Positions 1-10,036 are shown, counted from the stretch's first letter. The stretch is DNA of 64,000 nucleotides from an uncultured Bacteroidota bacterium (GCA_913050005.1 CAJXBI010000002.1:9540-73539); one strand, 5' to 3'. Numbers and translations: made by a program. Notes: generated by a model from the sequence alone, not told the origin.

Positions 1-354
1 CATCCAACTTTGATTGAGCATTGTAGCAGGTAATTTAATAGTTTTTCGGATTTTGGGTAGGTAATTATAGACATAATTACCATTTTTCATGTAAACAGTC
101 CCTTTATCTTTCTCTGGACCAGAAACATACGCAGCTGCTAATTCTTTCCCCTTTGACCAAGTGTGTAATTCCATTTTTTTTATCCATCTGGGCCGCTCAA
201 TAGTAACCTCTAATTCTGCATACATCGATGAAGAAACTAATTTTTGTTCAACCTTTTTTAGGATCTGAAGGGCATTGGGCTGATCTGCTAGGGTGAATCC
301 ATAAACAAAAAATAGGAAAAGGAAAACAGTGGCTCTATAAATCGGATTAGTCAT
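1..354 (-). CDS. LolA-like outer-membrane lipoprotein-sorting protein, N-terminal 118 codons (gene runs off the left window edge)
   Basis: Absent from the ORF track because it is open at the window edge. My translation from ATG at 354 is MTNPIYRATVFLFLFFVYGFTLADQPNALQILKKVEQKLVSSSMYAELEVTIERPRWIKKMELHTWSKGKELAAAYVSGPEKDKGTVYMKNGNYVYNYLPKIRKTIKLPATMLNQSWM, with no stop down to position 1. A signal peptide is followed by a P-x-KDKGT...Y-x-P pattern that I associate with LolA_like sorting proteins. Confidence 0.55.
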   Translation of the reverse strand, partial: MTNPIYRATVFLFLFFVYGFTLADQPNALQILKKVEQKLVSSSMYAELEVTIERPRWIKKMELHTWSKGKELAAAYVSGPEKDKGTVYMKNGNYVYNYLPKIRKTIKLPATMLNQSWM

Positions 355-418
355 TAATTAACAAACGATATAGTTGCTATTTTGATTGCAAATGTAAATC
401 TCTAAATTCGCTTAAAAT

Positions 419-1783
419 ATGACACGCGAGCAATATATAGAAAACAATCAGGATAAATTTTTGAACGAACTCTTTGACCTTTTAAGAATACCTAGCATCA
501 GTGCTGATTCTGCCTATGCTTTGGATGTTCAACGTTGTGCAGAATATACTGCTATGAGACTCAAAGAAGCAGGTGCAGATAATGTAACTCTTGAACAAAC
601 ATCGGGTAATCCTATTGTATACGGTGACAAAATTATAGACCCAAATAAACCAACGATTTTAGTATATGGCCATTATGACGTTCAACCATCAGTCCCTGAC
701 GAGCTGTGGAACACCCCTCCATTTGAACCTACAGTAAAAAATGGTAATATTTATGCTCGTGGTGCCTGTGATGACAAAGGACAATTTTACATGCACCTCA
801 AAGCTTTTGAAACCATGATGCAGACAGATACACTCCATTGTAATGTTAAATTCATGATCGAAGGAGAAGAAGAAATTGGGAGTACTAATTTGGGTATTTA
901 TGTCAAAGACAACCAAGAAAAACTTGCAGCAGATGTAGTACTTATCTCAGATACCGGAATGATTGACAATGATACTCCAAGTATTGATACAGGTCTGCGA
1001 GGATTAAGCTATGTTGAGGTTGAGGTAACAGGACCAAAGATTGATTTACACAGTGGTACCTATGGTGGTGCAGTTGGTAACCCCATCAATGTATTATGTA
1101 ATATGATTAGTAGTTTACATGACGAAAATCGCCGTATCACGATCCCTGGATTTTATGATACAGTGAATGTTGTTAGTTATGAAGATAGAGAAGCTATGAG
1201 CAAAACACCATTCAGCCTTGATGAATTTAAAAGTGAATTGGAAGTAGACGATGTCATGGGTGAATTAGGATATTCAACCATTGAAAGAACAGGAATTAGA
1301 CCTACTTTAGACGTCAATGGAATTTGGGGAGGATACACAGGTGAAGGTGCAAAAACTGTGTTACCTAGCAAAGCATATGCTAAAATTAGCATGAGACTAG
1401 TTCCCAGTCAAACCTCAAAAGAAATCACTCAACTATTTCAAGACCACTTTAAAAAAATAGCACCTAAATCTGTCAAAGTAAAAGTCACACCACATCATGG
1501 CGGTGAAGCAGCTGTAACCCCAACGAATAGTGCGGCATACAAAGCAGCTAGCAGGGCAATGGAAAAAACCTTTGGTAAAAAACCTGTCCCCACTCGAGGA
1601 GGTGGAAGCATTCCAATAGTTGCCTTATTTGAAGAAGTATTGGGTTTAAAAACAGTATTATTGGGCTTTGGTTTAGATAGCGATGCCATCCATTCTCCCA
1701 ACGAGAAATATGGCCTATTCAACTTTTATAAGGGCATAGAAACTATTCCATATTTTTATGAATACTTTGCTGAAGAGCTTTAA
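419..1783 (+). CDS. M20 family dipeptidase (ArgE/DapE/ACY1/CPG2 family)
   Basis: 454-aa ORF with metal-site motifs GHYDVQP, GACDDKGQ and EGEEEIGS. The C-terminal HSPNE motif is typical of M20 dipeptidases. Confidence 0.85.
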   Translation: MTREQYIENNQDKFLNELFDLLRIPSISADSAYALDVQRCAEYTAMRLKEAGADNVTLEQTSGNPIVYGDKIIDPNKPTILVYGHYDVQPSVPDELWNTPPFEPTVKNGNIYARGACDDKGQFYMHLKAFETMMQTDTLHCNVKFMIEGEEEIGSTNLGIYVKDNQEKLAADVVLISDTGMIDNDTPSIDTGLRGLSYVEVEVTGPKIDLHSGTYGGAVGNPINVLCNMISSLHDENRRITIPGFYDTVNVVSYEDREAMSKTPFSLDEFKSELEVDDVMGELGYSTIERTGIRPTLDVNGIWGGYTGEGAKTVLPSKAYAKISMRLVPSQTSKEITQLFQDHFKKIAPKSVKVKVTPHHGGEAAVTPTNSAAYKAASRAMEKTFGKKPVPTRGGGSIPIVALFEEVLGLKTVLLGFGLDSDAIHSPNEKYGLFNFYKGIETIPYFYEYFAEEL

Positions 1784-1867
1784 CCCTTCGTCATGATATG
1801 GTAAAATCTATCCTAGAAATTTTTATACCTAAATCAAATTTTAATTGAGGTAATATATTTGTTGTTC

Positions 1868-4800
1868 ATGAATAGTAAATTAACAATCTCAATAGTTAAG
1901 ACCTTTTTATTAATAGGATTCATTACCTCACATAATGTTGTTCTTTCTCAGTCGGTAAGCTACAAAGACATGATGATGGATAACTCCTACAATTTCTACG
2001 AAGTAGTTGACGCAGCAAATAATTACTTTGATTTAAATGGAAAGGGTAAAGGTTCTGGATACAAAATATTTGAACGGTGGAGGTCTGAAAATGAAAGTAA
2101 ATATTTCCCCTCAGGTAATCGCTATAATATAAATCATTATCTCCCTCAAGAGGCATACTCAGAATTTGTTGGAAGTCAATATAATTTAAAACACAAAACT
2201 TCATTTCCAAATGGATGGTTAGAACTTGGTCCGTGGGATGCAAACAATGTAACCAGTCATTACTCCCCCGGCATAGGACGTGTAGAAACTTTTTGGGTAA
2301 ATCCAAATAATGATAAACACATGTTCATCGGGAGTAGAAGCGGTGGTTTTTGGAGAACAACTGACGGCGGTGCTAATTGGGAAAATACCACCGATTTTTT
2401 AGTTGCTTCTGGAGTTCCCACTTTGGCTGTAAATCCTTCTAACATTAATGAAATTTTAATTTCTGTAGAACATGGTGGTGCAGGTTACACACACGGAATA
2501 TATAGGAGTACTGATGGTGGCTCTACATGGATCGAATCAGATTTCAACCCTACTAATCTTGGATGGGGTGGTTTGGGCGATAATGAACATATCTACAAGA
2601 TAGCGTATCACCCTAATGTGGCAAATCAGATTTTTATATGCTCTACCAAAGGCTTATTTGTATCTAATGATAATTTAAGTACATGGAGTAGCCCCTTTAA
2701 TGGAAGAACAACAGATGTAAATTTTCATCCAACAAAAAACACAACTATTTATGCCTATAGATATGTTACCTCTGATGTAAACAGAATAAAAATTTCTACT
2801 GATGGTGGAACTTCTTTTTCTAATGGAGGTAGTTTGCCCAATAACGGTAATAAAAGGGTTTATCTATCATGTTCGCCAGCAGATCCCTCCCATGTCTATG
2901 CAGCTTCTACAGATAATGTATACAAATCAACTACTGAGGGAATTTTGTTTACCGCACTTAGCAACCCCAATAGTAGTGGTCTTGCCTTTGCTGTATCTGA
3001 TGTAAATACCAATAATATGATCTATGGTTATGTCGATCTTTTTGCTTCTACAGATGGTGGACTCACTTTCACTCAGAAAACAGAATGGGCCAATCAAAAT
3101 GATGCATATATTCATGCAGATTTGAGAATTGCTCAATGCATCAATGGAATATTTTATGTTGGTACAGACGGTTATTTTGCCAAGAGTGATGACAATGGAA
3201 ATAACTGGACACGTCTAAATGACGGTACAGCTATTCGAGAATTCTATGCTGTTGGACTTGGTCAAGGAAATTATGATTTAAATATGGCTGGTTCTCAAGA
3301 CAATGGATCAAGTATCTTGAATAAAAATGGCTGGGTTGAATGGAATGGTGGAGATGGTATGGAAGCTATAGTACACCCATTAAACTACGATTGGATGATT
3401 GGCAGTTGGCAATACGGAACTCGTAACTATACGCATAATGGTGGTCTAAACAGAAGAGGATGTGGCAACCCCAACGGGGGAAGTGGCAAAGCAGCTTGGG
3501 AGGCACCATTTCTTCTAAATCCTCAAAACAGCATGCAAGTATATCACTTCAGTGATACACTATATGCTGGAAATAATTTTGGGAGACAATGGCAATTTAA
3601 ATCTGACCCCAACATTGGAGTCATAGGTGAAGCTGCCATTGCAGAAACCGACTCAAATGTAATTGCCATAGCTAGAAATAATCTAATCCGAATAACTAAT
3701 AACGGAGGAGAGTCTTGGACAAATATTGAAAATGGTCTTCCTGGTTACTATGTTCGTGATATTGCCTTTGACCCAAGAGATAAAAATAAGATTATCGTTG
3801 TTTACAATCGTTACCAGAACGACAATAAAAAAGTTTATATCTCAAATGACCAGGGAGCTACATGGCAAAACATTACTTATAACTTGGGGAATATGCCACT
3901 TCGCACAGTAGTTATAGATCATAGTGACTCTTCCTACATCTATGTAGGAGGTGAAATTGGAGTTTATTACAAAAGTAAATCTGCGACGCAGTGGACATTA
4001 TATAATAATAACCTCCCTAATGTAACTGTCAAAGACTTAGAAATTCACTACGGAAGCAATACGCTCAGAGCAGCTACGTGGGGTCGAGGGTTATGGGAAT
4101 ATACACTCGTTGGAAGAAATAATTTTCCATCGATTACGCACACTAATATATCCAACACTCCTACAGATGATTTACCTAAAGATGGTGTTGATCAATATAT
4201 CACTTCCATTATAAAATCTGACCAAATATTATCTGAAGTGAAGGTATTATGGAACGTCAATAATTTTTCATTAGATAGCAGTCTAATAATGGAAAATATA
4301 GGGGATAATACATGGAAATCAACCAAACCAATTTCTTCCAATAATTTGGGAGAACATATATACTTTAAAGTTATAGCCAAAACAGAAAGTGGGAATCAGT
4401 CTGAAACATATGTTTTTGATTATCTGACTAGAGAATTTAATTACTGTATACCCGCTACTAATGGGGCAGGTTCGGACTACATCAATTTTGTGAAATTAGA
4501 ATCTATCGAAAATAGCTCAGATCAAGAGTTCTACGGAGACTTTACAGCTCAATCTACAGAACTAGAACTAGGTAAAGAATACACAATCGAAGTTGGAATG
4601 TTTTATGTTTTTGATCAGGATTCAGTAACTGCATGGATTGATTTCAATCGTGATGGAGAGTTTACTGATAAAGAACAGATTATATTTACTGAACTAAACA
4701 ATACAGACAAAAAAGCAACTGGTTTATTTACGGTTCCCAACCAAGCACTAACAGATAAGAACCTCAGACTAAGGGTGCGAAGTCAGTATTTCACAAATCC

Positions 4801-5122
4801 AATGTCTCCTTGCGAAAATACACCTGGAGAAGTTGAGGATTATACGGTAAGATTGAAAAAACCAAAAACTAACGGAATTGTAACAAATACTATTCCTAAA
4901 ATCGTCATTACTCCTAACCCTACTCGTGGAATATTTGAAATAAAAGTAGGCCAACAAGATAATGTTCAAATAAATATTATTGACATTAATGGTAAAATCA
5001 TATACCAACAAAAAGCATTTACCGACAAGATTATTATAACTACTGATTTACCACAAGGGTATTATCTAGTTCAAGTATTAACCTCCAATGGGTCAACTAC
5101 TAAAAAACTAATAGTTAATTAA
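1868..5122 (+). CDS. Secreted BNR/Asp-box repeat protein with GEVED domain and T9SS C-terminal sorting domain
   Basis: Signal peptide from ATG 1868; the track start at 1859 is TTG. There are seven S/T-x-D-x-G-x-x-W/F Asp-box repeats: TTDGGANW, STDGGSTW, STDGGTSF, STDGGLTF, SDDNGNNW, TNNGGESW and SNDQGATW. A GEVED motif (PGEVEDYTVRL) follows. The C-terminal tail ITPNPTRGIFEIKV...GYYLVQVLTSNGSTTKKLIVN matches the type A Por secretion tail. Confidence 0.8.
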   Translation: MNSKLTISIVKTFLLIGFITSHNVVLSQSVSYKDMMMDNSYNFYEVVDAANNYFDLNGKGKGSGYKIFERWRSENESKYFPSGNRYNINHYLPQEAYSEFVGSQYNLKHKTSFPNGWLELGPWDANNVTSHYSPGIGRVETFWVNPNNDKHMFIGSRSGGFWRTTDGGANWENTTDFLVASGVPTLAVNPSNINEILISVEHGGAGYTHGIYRSTDGGSTWIESDFNPTNLGWGGLGDNEHIYKIAYHPNVANQIFICSTKGLFVSNDNLSTWSSPFNGRTTDVNFHPTKNTTIYAYRYVTSDVNRIKISTDGGTSFSNGGSLPNNGNKRVYLSCSPADPSHVYAASTDNVYKSTTEGILFTALSNPNSSGLAFAVSDVNTNNMIYGYVDLFASTDGGLTFTQKTEWANQNDAYIHADLRIAQCINGIFYVGTDGYFAKSDDNGNNWTRLNDGTAIREFYAVGLGQGNYDLNMAGSQDNGSSILNKNGWVEWNGGDGMEAIVHPLNYDWMIGSWQYGTRNYTHNGGLNRRGCGNPNGGSGKAAWEAPFLLNPQNSMQVYHFSDTLYAGNNFGRQWQFKSDPNIGVIGEAAIAETDSNVIAIARNNLIRITNNGGESWTNIENGLPGYYVRDIAFDPRDKNKIIVVYNRYQNDNKKVYISNDQGATWQNITYNLGNMPLRTVVIDHSDSSYIYVGGEIGVYYKSKSATQWTLYNNNLPNVTVKDLEIHYGSNTLRAATWGRGLWEYTLVGRNNFPSITHTNISNTPTDDLPKDGVDQYITSIIKSDQILSEVKVLWNVNNFSLDSSLIMENIGDNTWKSTKPISSNNLGEHIYFKVIAKTESGNQSETYVFDYLTREFNYCIPATNGAGSDYINFVKLESIENSSDQEFYGDFTAQSTELELGKEYTIEVGMFYVFDQDSVTAWIDFNRDGEFTDKEQIIFTELNNTDKKATGLFTVPNQALTDKNLRLRVRSQYFTNPMSPCENTPGEVEDYTVRLKKPKTNGIVTNTIPKIVITPNPTRGIFEIKVGQQDNVQINIIDINGKIIYQQKAFTDKIIITTDLPQGYYLVQVLTSNGSTTKKLIVN

Positions 5123-5136
5123 TAGATAACTGCACG

Positions 5137-6456
5137 CTAGGCAAACCATTCTTCGACGAATGATCGATCGGTAATTTTATCCTCATATTTGGATGCAATC
5201 AAATCGTGAACACGTTGCGTATTTTGAGCACCTTTAATTTTGGCTTCACTGTAGGGGACTTTACTAAACGTCACCATCTCATATTGTGATTTGAATAAAT
5301 CTGGGTGTAATTCACAAAGTTGGTGTTCCATCTTTTTGTAGTGAAGAAAATCTTTATCACCAACTAAATCCCTCATTTCAATAAAATTTTGCAATGCCAA
5401 ATCTGCTATCGCATCTGCGTTGGGTTTACGTCTTTTTTGGTATTCATTCATGGCTTTGTCCCAATCACCAAATTCTTCTAAGCAATTGTCTAGCTCAACG
5501 CAATCTTCAAAAGCACAATTCATTCCTTGACCGTAAAAGGGAACAATGGCATGACAAGCATCCCCAATCAATGTGGCTTTTTTCATATGCCAAGGATAGC
5601 ACCTAACCGTAACAAGACTACCCACTGGATTTCGTTTAAAGTCATTTAACAACTCCGGCATTAAAGGAACTGCATCCGCAAAGTACGTATTCATAAAATT
5701 CAGAATTTCTTGGTCAGAATTTATTTGATCAAAACCTACTTCTCCAGCATAAGGCATGAATAAAGTACACGTAAATGATTTGTCAGGATTGGGAAGAGCA
5801 ATCATCATAAAATTGCCTCGTGGCCATATATGCAAAGAATCCGGATCCATCGCAAAATTACCATCTGGAGTAGGCGTAATACTTAACTCTTTATAGCCAC
5901 TCTTCGTGTAGCTTTGAGAATAATCAAATCGATCATTCTTCATCATCTTAAGTCGCACAGGTGAATATGCTCCATCACTGCCTAAAATATAATCAGACTT
6001 TACTTCTATATTTTCTCCAGTCTTCTCATTTGTAAATTTACAAATACTATTTTCAATATCCACCTCTTGGCACCGCATGTTGAAAAATTGATTAACATTC
6101 TTGTGTTCATCAGCTAATTTGAGTAATTGAATATTCAAATGAGCTCTACTCACAGAATTGATTACTTGACCGTCTTTTCCATAGGGTTGATAGGCTAAAT
6201 TACCTTTTTCATCATGCATCATTCTGCCGGCCATAGGTATAGCTTGATCCAACACAACTTGATCCAAACCTACTCGTTTCAATGCATCGATACCTCGTGT
6301 AGAAAGTGCCAAATTAATCGATCGACCTGCTGGTATTTCGACATTACGCATATCTGGTCTTCGTTCATAAATATCGACCTCATACCCTCTTTTGGCCAAA
6401 TAGACAGCTGCTAAAGAACCTGCCAAACCACCTCCTACTAATGTTATACTTTTCAT
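5137..6456 (-). CDS. kmo: Kynurenine 3-monooxygenase (FAD-dependent)
   Basis: Rossmann FAD motif VGGGLAGS at the N-terminus and a GDACHAIVPFYGQGMN flavoprotein-hydroxylase motif. Length and overall pattern fit KMO. The ATG at 6456 is preferred over the TTG at 6468. Confidence 0.8.
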   Translation of the reverse strand: MKSITLVGGGLAGSLAAVYLAKRGYEVDIYERRPDMRNVEIPAGRSINLALSTRGIDALKRVGLDQVVLDQAIPMAGRMMHDEKGNLAYQPYGKDGQVINSVSRAHLNIQLLKLADEHKNVNQFFNMRCQEVDIENSICKFTNEKTGENIEVKSDYILGSDGAYSPVRLKMMKNDRFDYSQSYTKSGYKELSITPTPDGNFAMDPDSLHIWPRGNFMMIALPNPDKSFTCTLFMPYAGEVGFDQINSDQEILNFMNTYFADAVPLMPELLNDFKRNPVGSLVTVRCYPWHMKKATLIGDACHAIVPFYGQGMNCAFEDCVELDNCLEEFGDWDKAMNEYQKRRKPNADAIADLALQNFIEMRDLVGDKDFLHYKKMEHQLCELHPDLFKSQYEMVTFSKVPYSEAKIKGAQNTQRVHDLIASKYEDKITDRSFVEEWFA

Positions 6457-6520
6457 GTTATGTGTCAAAATTACTCAACCTTTGTATTTTTACGATATTT
6501 GTTTTAATCTAAATTAGATT

Positions 6521-7387
6521 TTGAAATTTAAGAATATACACATCGTTTACAACCCTTTTTCTCAAGGAGGGAAATCAGTGTATTTGTTTAATGAATATCT
6601 AACAATCATTAGAAAAGAAGGTTCACCTTTCACCATCTTTGAAACCACAGGGATAAATGATGTTAAAACGATTCAAAAAAATATTGCATCAAATTCATTT
6701 GATCTCATAAGCATTATAGGCGGAGACGGCACAATTAATATAACCATAAATGGACTCGAATATTTTGATATTCCACTTCATATTATTCCAGCTGGAACTG
6801 GAAATGATTTAGCTCGAATGCTTTATGGAAATTTAGAAATCAGCGATATTCTTAAACTTCCATTTCAGTTTACTAAAAAAGTTGATATTGATATTTGGTC
6901 TTGTAATCAAATACGGTTTATTAATGGTTTTGGTGCTGGATTTGATGGAGCAATTGCAGAAAAAACACAATCGAAGACATTTCTATTATCGAGTAAAACA
7001 AAATATTGGATCGAAATCGTAAAACAAATCTTGTTTTACCGATCACAAAAAGTGGAAATTAATGGTAAAAAAACTGCTATCTTCATGATAGCTGCTGCAA
7101 ATGGAAGTGATTACGGAGGTGGTTTTAGGGTAGCTCCTTTGGCTAAACTCAATGATAAAAAGCTTGAATATGTTGAGTGTAAAAATATTCCCACTTTACT
7201 TCGTCTATATTACTTACCGCTCGTTCAAGCAGGAAAACATTTAACCCAAAAAGCCATCACCTACAAAAAGATTGACGAGTTAACTATCTCATCCAACCAC
7301 CCTCTACCTGCCCATTTAGATGGAGAAGCCCTTTGCGAAAAAAATTATCACATAAAATGGCAAAATCAGGTTCAAATTTTAAGGTAA
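6521..7387 (+). CDS. Diacylglycerol-kinase-family lipid kinase (YegS/BmrU-like)
   Basis: Catalytic-domain motifs IIGGDGTIN and PAGTGNDLAR of the DAGK family. TTG start. The stop abuts the stop of the convergent lgt paralog with zero gap. Confidence 0.7.
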   Translation: MKFKNIHIVYNPFSQGGKSVYLFNEYLTIIRKEGSPFTIFETTGINDVKTIQKNIASNSFDLISIIGGDGTINITINGLEYFDIPLHIIPAGTGNDLARMLYGNLEISDILKLPFQFTKKVDIDIWSCNQIRFINGFGAGFDGAIAEKTQSKTFLLSSKTKYWIEIVKQILFYRSQKVEINGKKTAIFMIAAANGSDYGGGFRVAPLAKLNDKKLEYVECKNIPTLLRLYYLPLVQAGKHLTQKAITYKKIDELTISSNHPLPAHLDGEALCEKNYHIKWQNQVQILR

Positions 7388-8194
7388 TCACATCATTGTT
7401 GGCTCCTTTCGCCACTTCCTCCAAATGAAAATACAAACCAAAATGATGACTATTGCTATAAACTGCGAGTGAGATAGTAAACCATCAAAAAGAAAACCAC
7501 GTGAATCATCACCACGATAATTTTCTACAATACTCCTACCTAAAGCATAGAGCATCAAATAAATCAGAAAAAGCTGCCCTTCAAATTGTTTTCTCTTTCG
7601 TAGAGAAATAACAACCAATAGAATGACCATATTTACACCAATATCAAAAAGTTGAGTTGGATATAAAGGCACATTTTTAAAATCCGCTAAAGTATCTGGA
7701 TGATTAAAAGTTATTCCTAACCATGAATCACAAACTTTTCCGTGACAACAACCTGCTAAAAAACATCCCACTCTCCCAAATGAGTGAAGTATTGGAGCAG
7801 CAAATGCCAAAATATCCATAAAAGGCCTTACACTTATCTGATTTTTTTTTAACCAAAATATAATCATAGGAACCGTAAAAATCAATGAGCCATAAAATAC
7901 AAAACCTCCCCTCATAGCACCCCCGATTAAGTCTGGATTATCAATATATTTTTGGATATCCTCCAAAAAGAAAAACAACTTACCCCCAACAAAAGCTGAT
8001 ACAATTGACCAGATGAATAATTCAGAAAGCTGATCAGAATTAATCGCTAAATGCTTAGATAAATTTAAAATCACATAAAAAGCAACGATAACTCCAAGTG
8101 CAATCATCAAACCATAGCTATGTATGGTAAAATTAGCGGGTAGTATGCCTTGCAAAAATTCTGGTATGGGAATAGTCAATAATTTTGGATACAT
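7388..8194 (-). CDS. lgt: Prolipoprotein diacylglyceryl transferase family protein (short paralog)
   Basis: 268-aa polytopic membrane protein with Lgt-family motifs YGLMIALG, RGGFVFYGSLI and GRVGCFLAGCCHG. It lies 30 nt downstream of the GT2 gene on the same strand. Confidence 0.75.
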   Translation of the reverse strand: MYPKLLTIPIPEFLQGILPANFTIHSYGLMIALGVIVAFYVILNLSKHLAINSDQLSELFIWSIVSAFVGGKLFFFLEDIQKYIDNPDLIGGAMRGGFVFYGSLIFTVPMIIFWLKKNQISVRPFMDILAFAAPILHSFGRVGCFLAGCCHGKVCDSWLGITFNHPDTLADFKNVPLYPTQLFDIGVNMVILLVVISLRKRKQFEGQLFLIYLMLYALGRSIVENYRGDDSRGFLFDGLLSHSQFIAIVIILVCIFIWRKWRKEPTMM

Positions 8195-8224
8195 AACTCA
8201 AAATTAGTTTTTAAATCAAATTAA

Positions 8225-9346
8225 TCAATCTACACCATCTCGAATATAGGATGCTGCATATCTTCGACCTTTCCAAACTGATTGAAAAGGTAAAAAATAA
8301 AAAATAGCTGTTGCGAATGTGTTCAACAACACATACCATTCATAACAAATCAACTCCCAAAATTTAAACGGCCTAACCTGGGTTTTGATACACAATACAT
8401 TAATGAAGAGGGATTGAATGAGAAACTTAGCTAGCCAGACCATCATAGCCATTTCTGGGTTTTTGACAAAAAGTATAATTAATGCCGGTATAAAAAGCCC
8501 ATACAATGAAATCATCGCCTTCCAATTGAGTGGTAAATCCCTTGCCCCAATTAGCCACCGCTTACGTTGATGCAGCATTTCGCTAACACTAGGGATATAC
8601 CAAGCTAACCCGAGTGAGTAATCACTCAATACCGTTCTCCACTCCCAATTTCGTGAAGTTACCTCATGAAATAACTTATAATCCTCTGTTATGGAAAAGT
8701 CCATTTCTTCATATCCTCCTGTTTGCCAATAGGCCGCGGCACGTACAGCCATATTGTTTCCGACACTTGTACATCCTACCCCTACATGGGTAAATGCCTT
8801 TATGTACCCCATAAAATGTAGCCAATCGATGCTCTGCATGGTTGCAAAAAAATGGCCTCGTTCACACATAGTAGTTCCACTAACTATCCCTACACCATCT
8901 TCAAACTCCTGCAATAAACCCAAAATCCAATCTTGTGGTAATTCTACATCCACATCCGTAATAAAATAAAACTCTCCATCAGCCTTATGAGCTAATTGAC
9001 CCAATACATTTGCTTTTCCTCTCCCTTTCCCAATTGTCTTAGAGATTGAATATAGTTGGAAACTGGGCTTATCCTTGATAAATTCAGTTACTAAATGGCT
9101 TGTTTGATCTGTACTCGCATCATCTCCAATTAGAATCTCTAATTTATCTTTAGGAAAATTCAAATTTGAAATCGCCTCCAAGCACCTCAGAATCAATTTT
9201 TCTTCATTACGTGCAGCCAATAAAATAGAAACCTTTGGATAACTCAATCTAGTTTGAATTTCCTTTGTCTGGTATGTTAAAATTGATACCCAAGAAAATA
9301 ATTGTATCAAAAAAAATAAGCCAATTATCAACTGAATAATAATCAT
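8225..9346 (-). CDS. Membrane-embedded family 2 glycosyltransferase with processive-type motifs
   Basis: N-terminal TM segment, then GDDASTD, DVDVELP (DxD), GNNMAVR, ITEDY (TED) and QRKRW (QxxRW), followed by several C-terminal TM segments. Its start overlaps the upstream deacetylase stop by 4 nt (ATGA). Confidence 0.8.
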   Translation of the reverse strand: MIIIQLIIGLFFLIQLFSWVSILTYQTKEIQTRLSYPKVSILLAARNEEKLILRCLEAISNLNFPKDKLEILIGDDASTDQTSHLVTEFIKDKPSFQLYSISKTIGKGRGKANVLGQLAHKADGEFYFITDVDVELPQDWILGLLQEFEDGVGIVSGTTMCERGHFFATMQSIDWLHFMGYIKAFTHVGVGCTSVGNNMAVRAAAYWQTGGYEEMDFSITEDYKLFHEVTSRNWEWRTVLSDYSLGLAWYIPSVSEMLHQRKRWLIGARDLPLNWKAMISLYGLFIPALIILFVKNPEMAMMVWLAKFLIQSLFINVLCIKTQVRPFKFWELICYEWYVLLNTFATAIFYFLPFQSVWKGRRYAASYIRDGVD

Positions 9347-9954
9347 AGTACAGACATTTTATAACCTTCTTCTTCTAAAAATTTAAGATAATTGGGTAAC
9401 ATAGCCTTCAGGTTAGTCTCTGCTTTTGCACTATCATGAAACACAATAATACTTCCGGGTTTTGTCGCTTTTTTTATTCGTTTTAAGGCTCGTTTCACAT
9501 TCAATCGTTTTAAATAGTCTTTACTTAGCACGTCCCACATGATTACTTCATATTTTTTTCGAATAGCAGGAATGGATGCAAAATTTATCTGACCATAAGG
9601 TGGTCTGAAGATTGTATTTTCCGTCAGATAATCTTCACAATTGGCAATATCTTCCATGTAAACATTTGATGAAACACGCCATCCTTTAATATGTCGATGA
9701 GTATGATTGCCTACCCGATGTCCAGATTTCTGCATCTTATCGACTAGAGTGAAATACCGATGAGCATTTTCTCCAACTACAAAAAAAGTAGCTTTTGCAC
9801 CCACTTTATCCAATTCATTGACTACCCAAGGCGTAATTTCAGGATGCGGTCCATCATCAAAGGTTAAAAACACCTCTTTATCTGCAACCTCACGTGTCCA
9901 TGTAAGTTGTGGGAGAAAAAACAAACCTATGGATTTCCAGAAATTCAACCACAC
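9343..9954 (-). CDS. Polysaccharide deacetylase (NodB homology domain, CE4)
   Basis: 203 aa with TFDDGP and GNHTHRH motifs of the NodB/CE4 fold. GTG start and a hydrophobic N-terminus. Confidence 0.8.
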   Translation of the reverse strand: MWLNFWKSIGLFFLPQLTWTREVADKEVFLTFDDGPHPEITPWVVNELDKVGAKATFFVVGENAHRYFTLVDKMQKSGHRVGNHTHRHIKGWRVSSNVYMEDIANCEDYLTENTIFRPPYGQINFASIPAIRKKYEVIMWDVLSKDYLKRLNVKRALKRIKKATKPGSIIVFHDSAKAETNLKAMLPNYLKFLEEEGYKMSVL

Positions 9955-10036
9955 AAAACTACATGAATCAAACTGAAATAAAACGAAGATAATGCTCCAT
10001 TAGTCGAGTCAACACACAAAGTATCAAAGATGCCAT

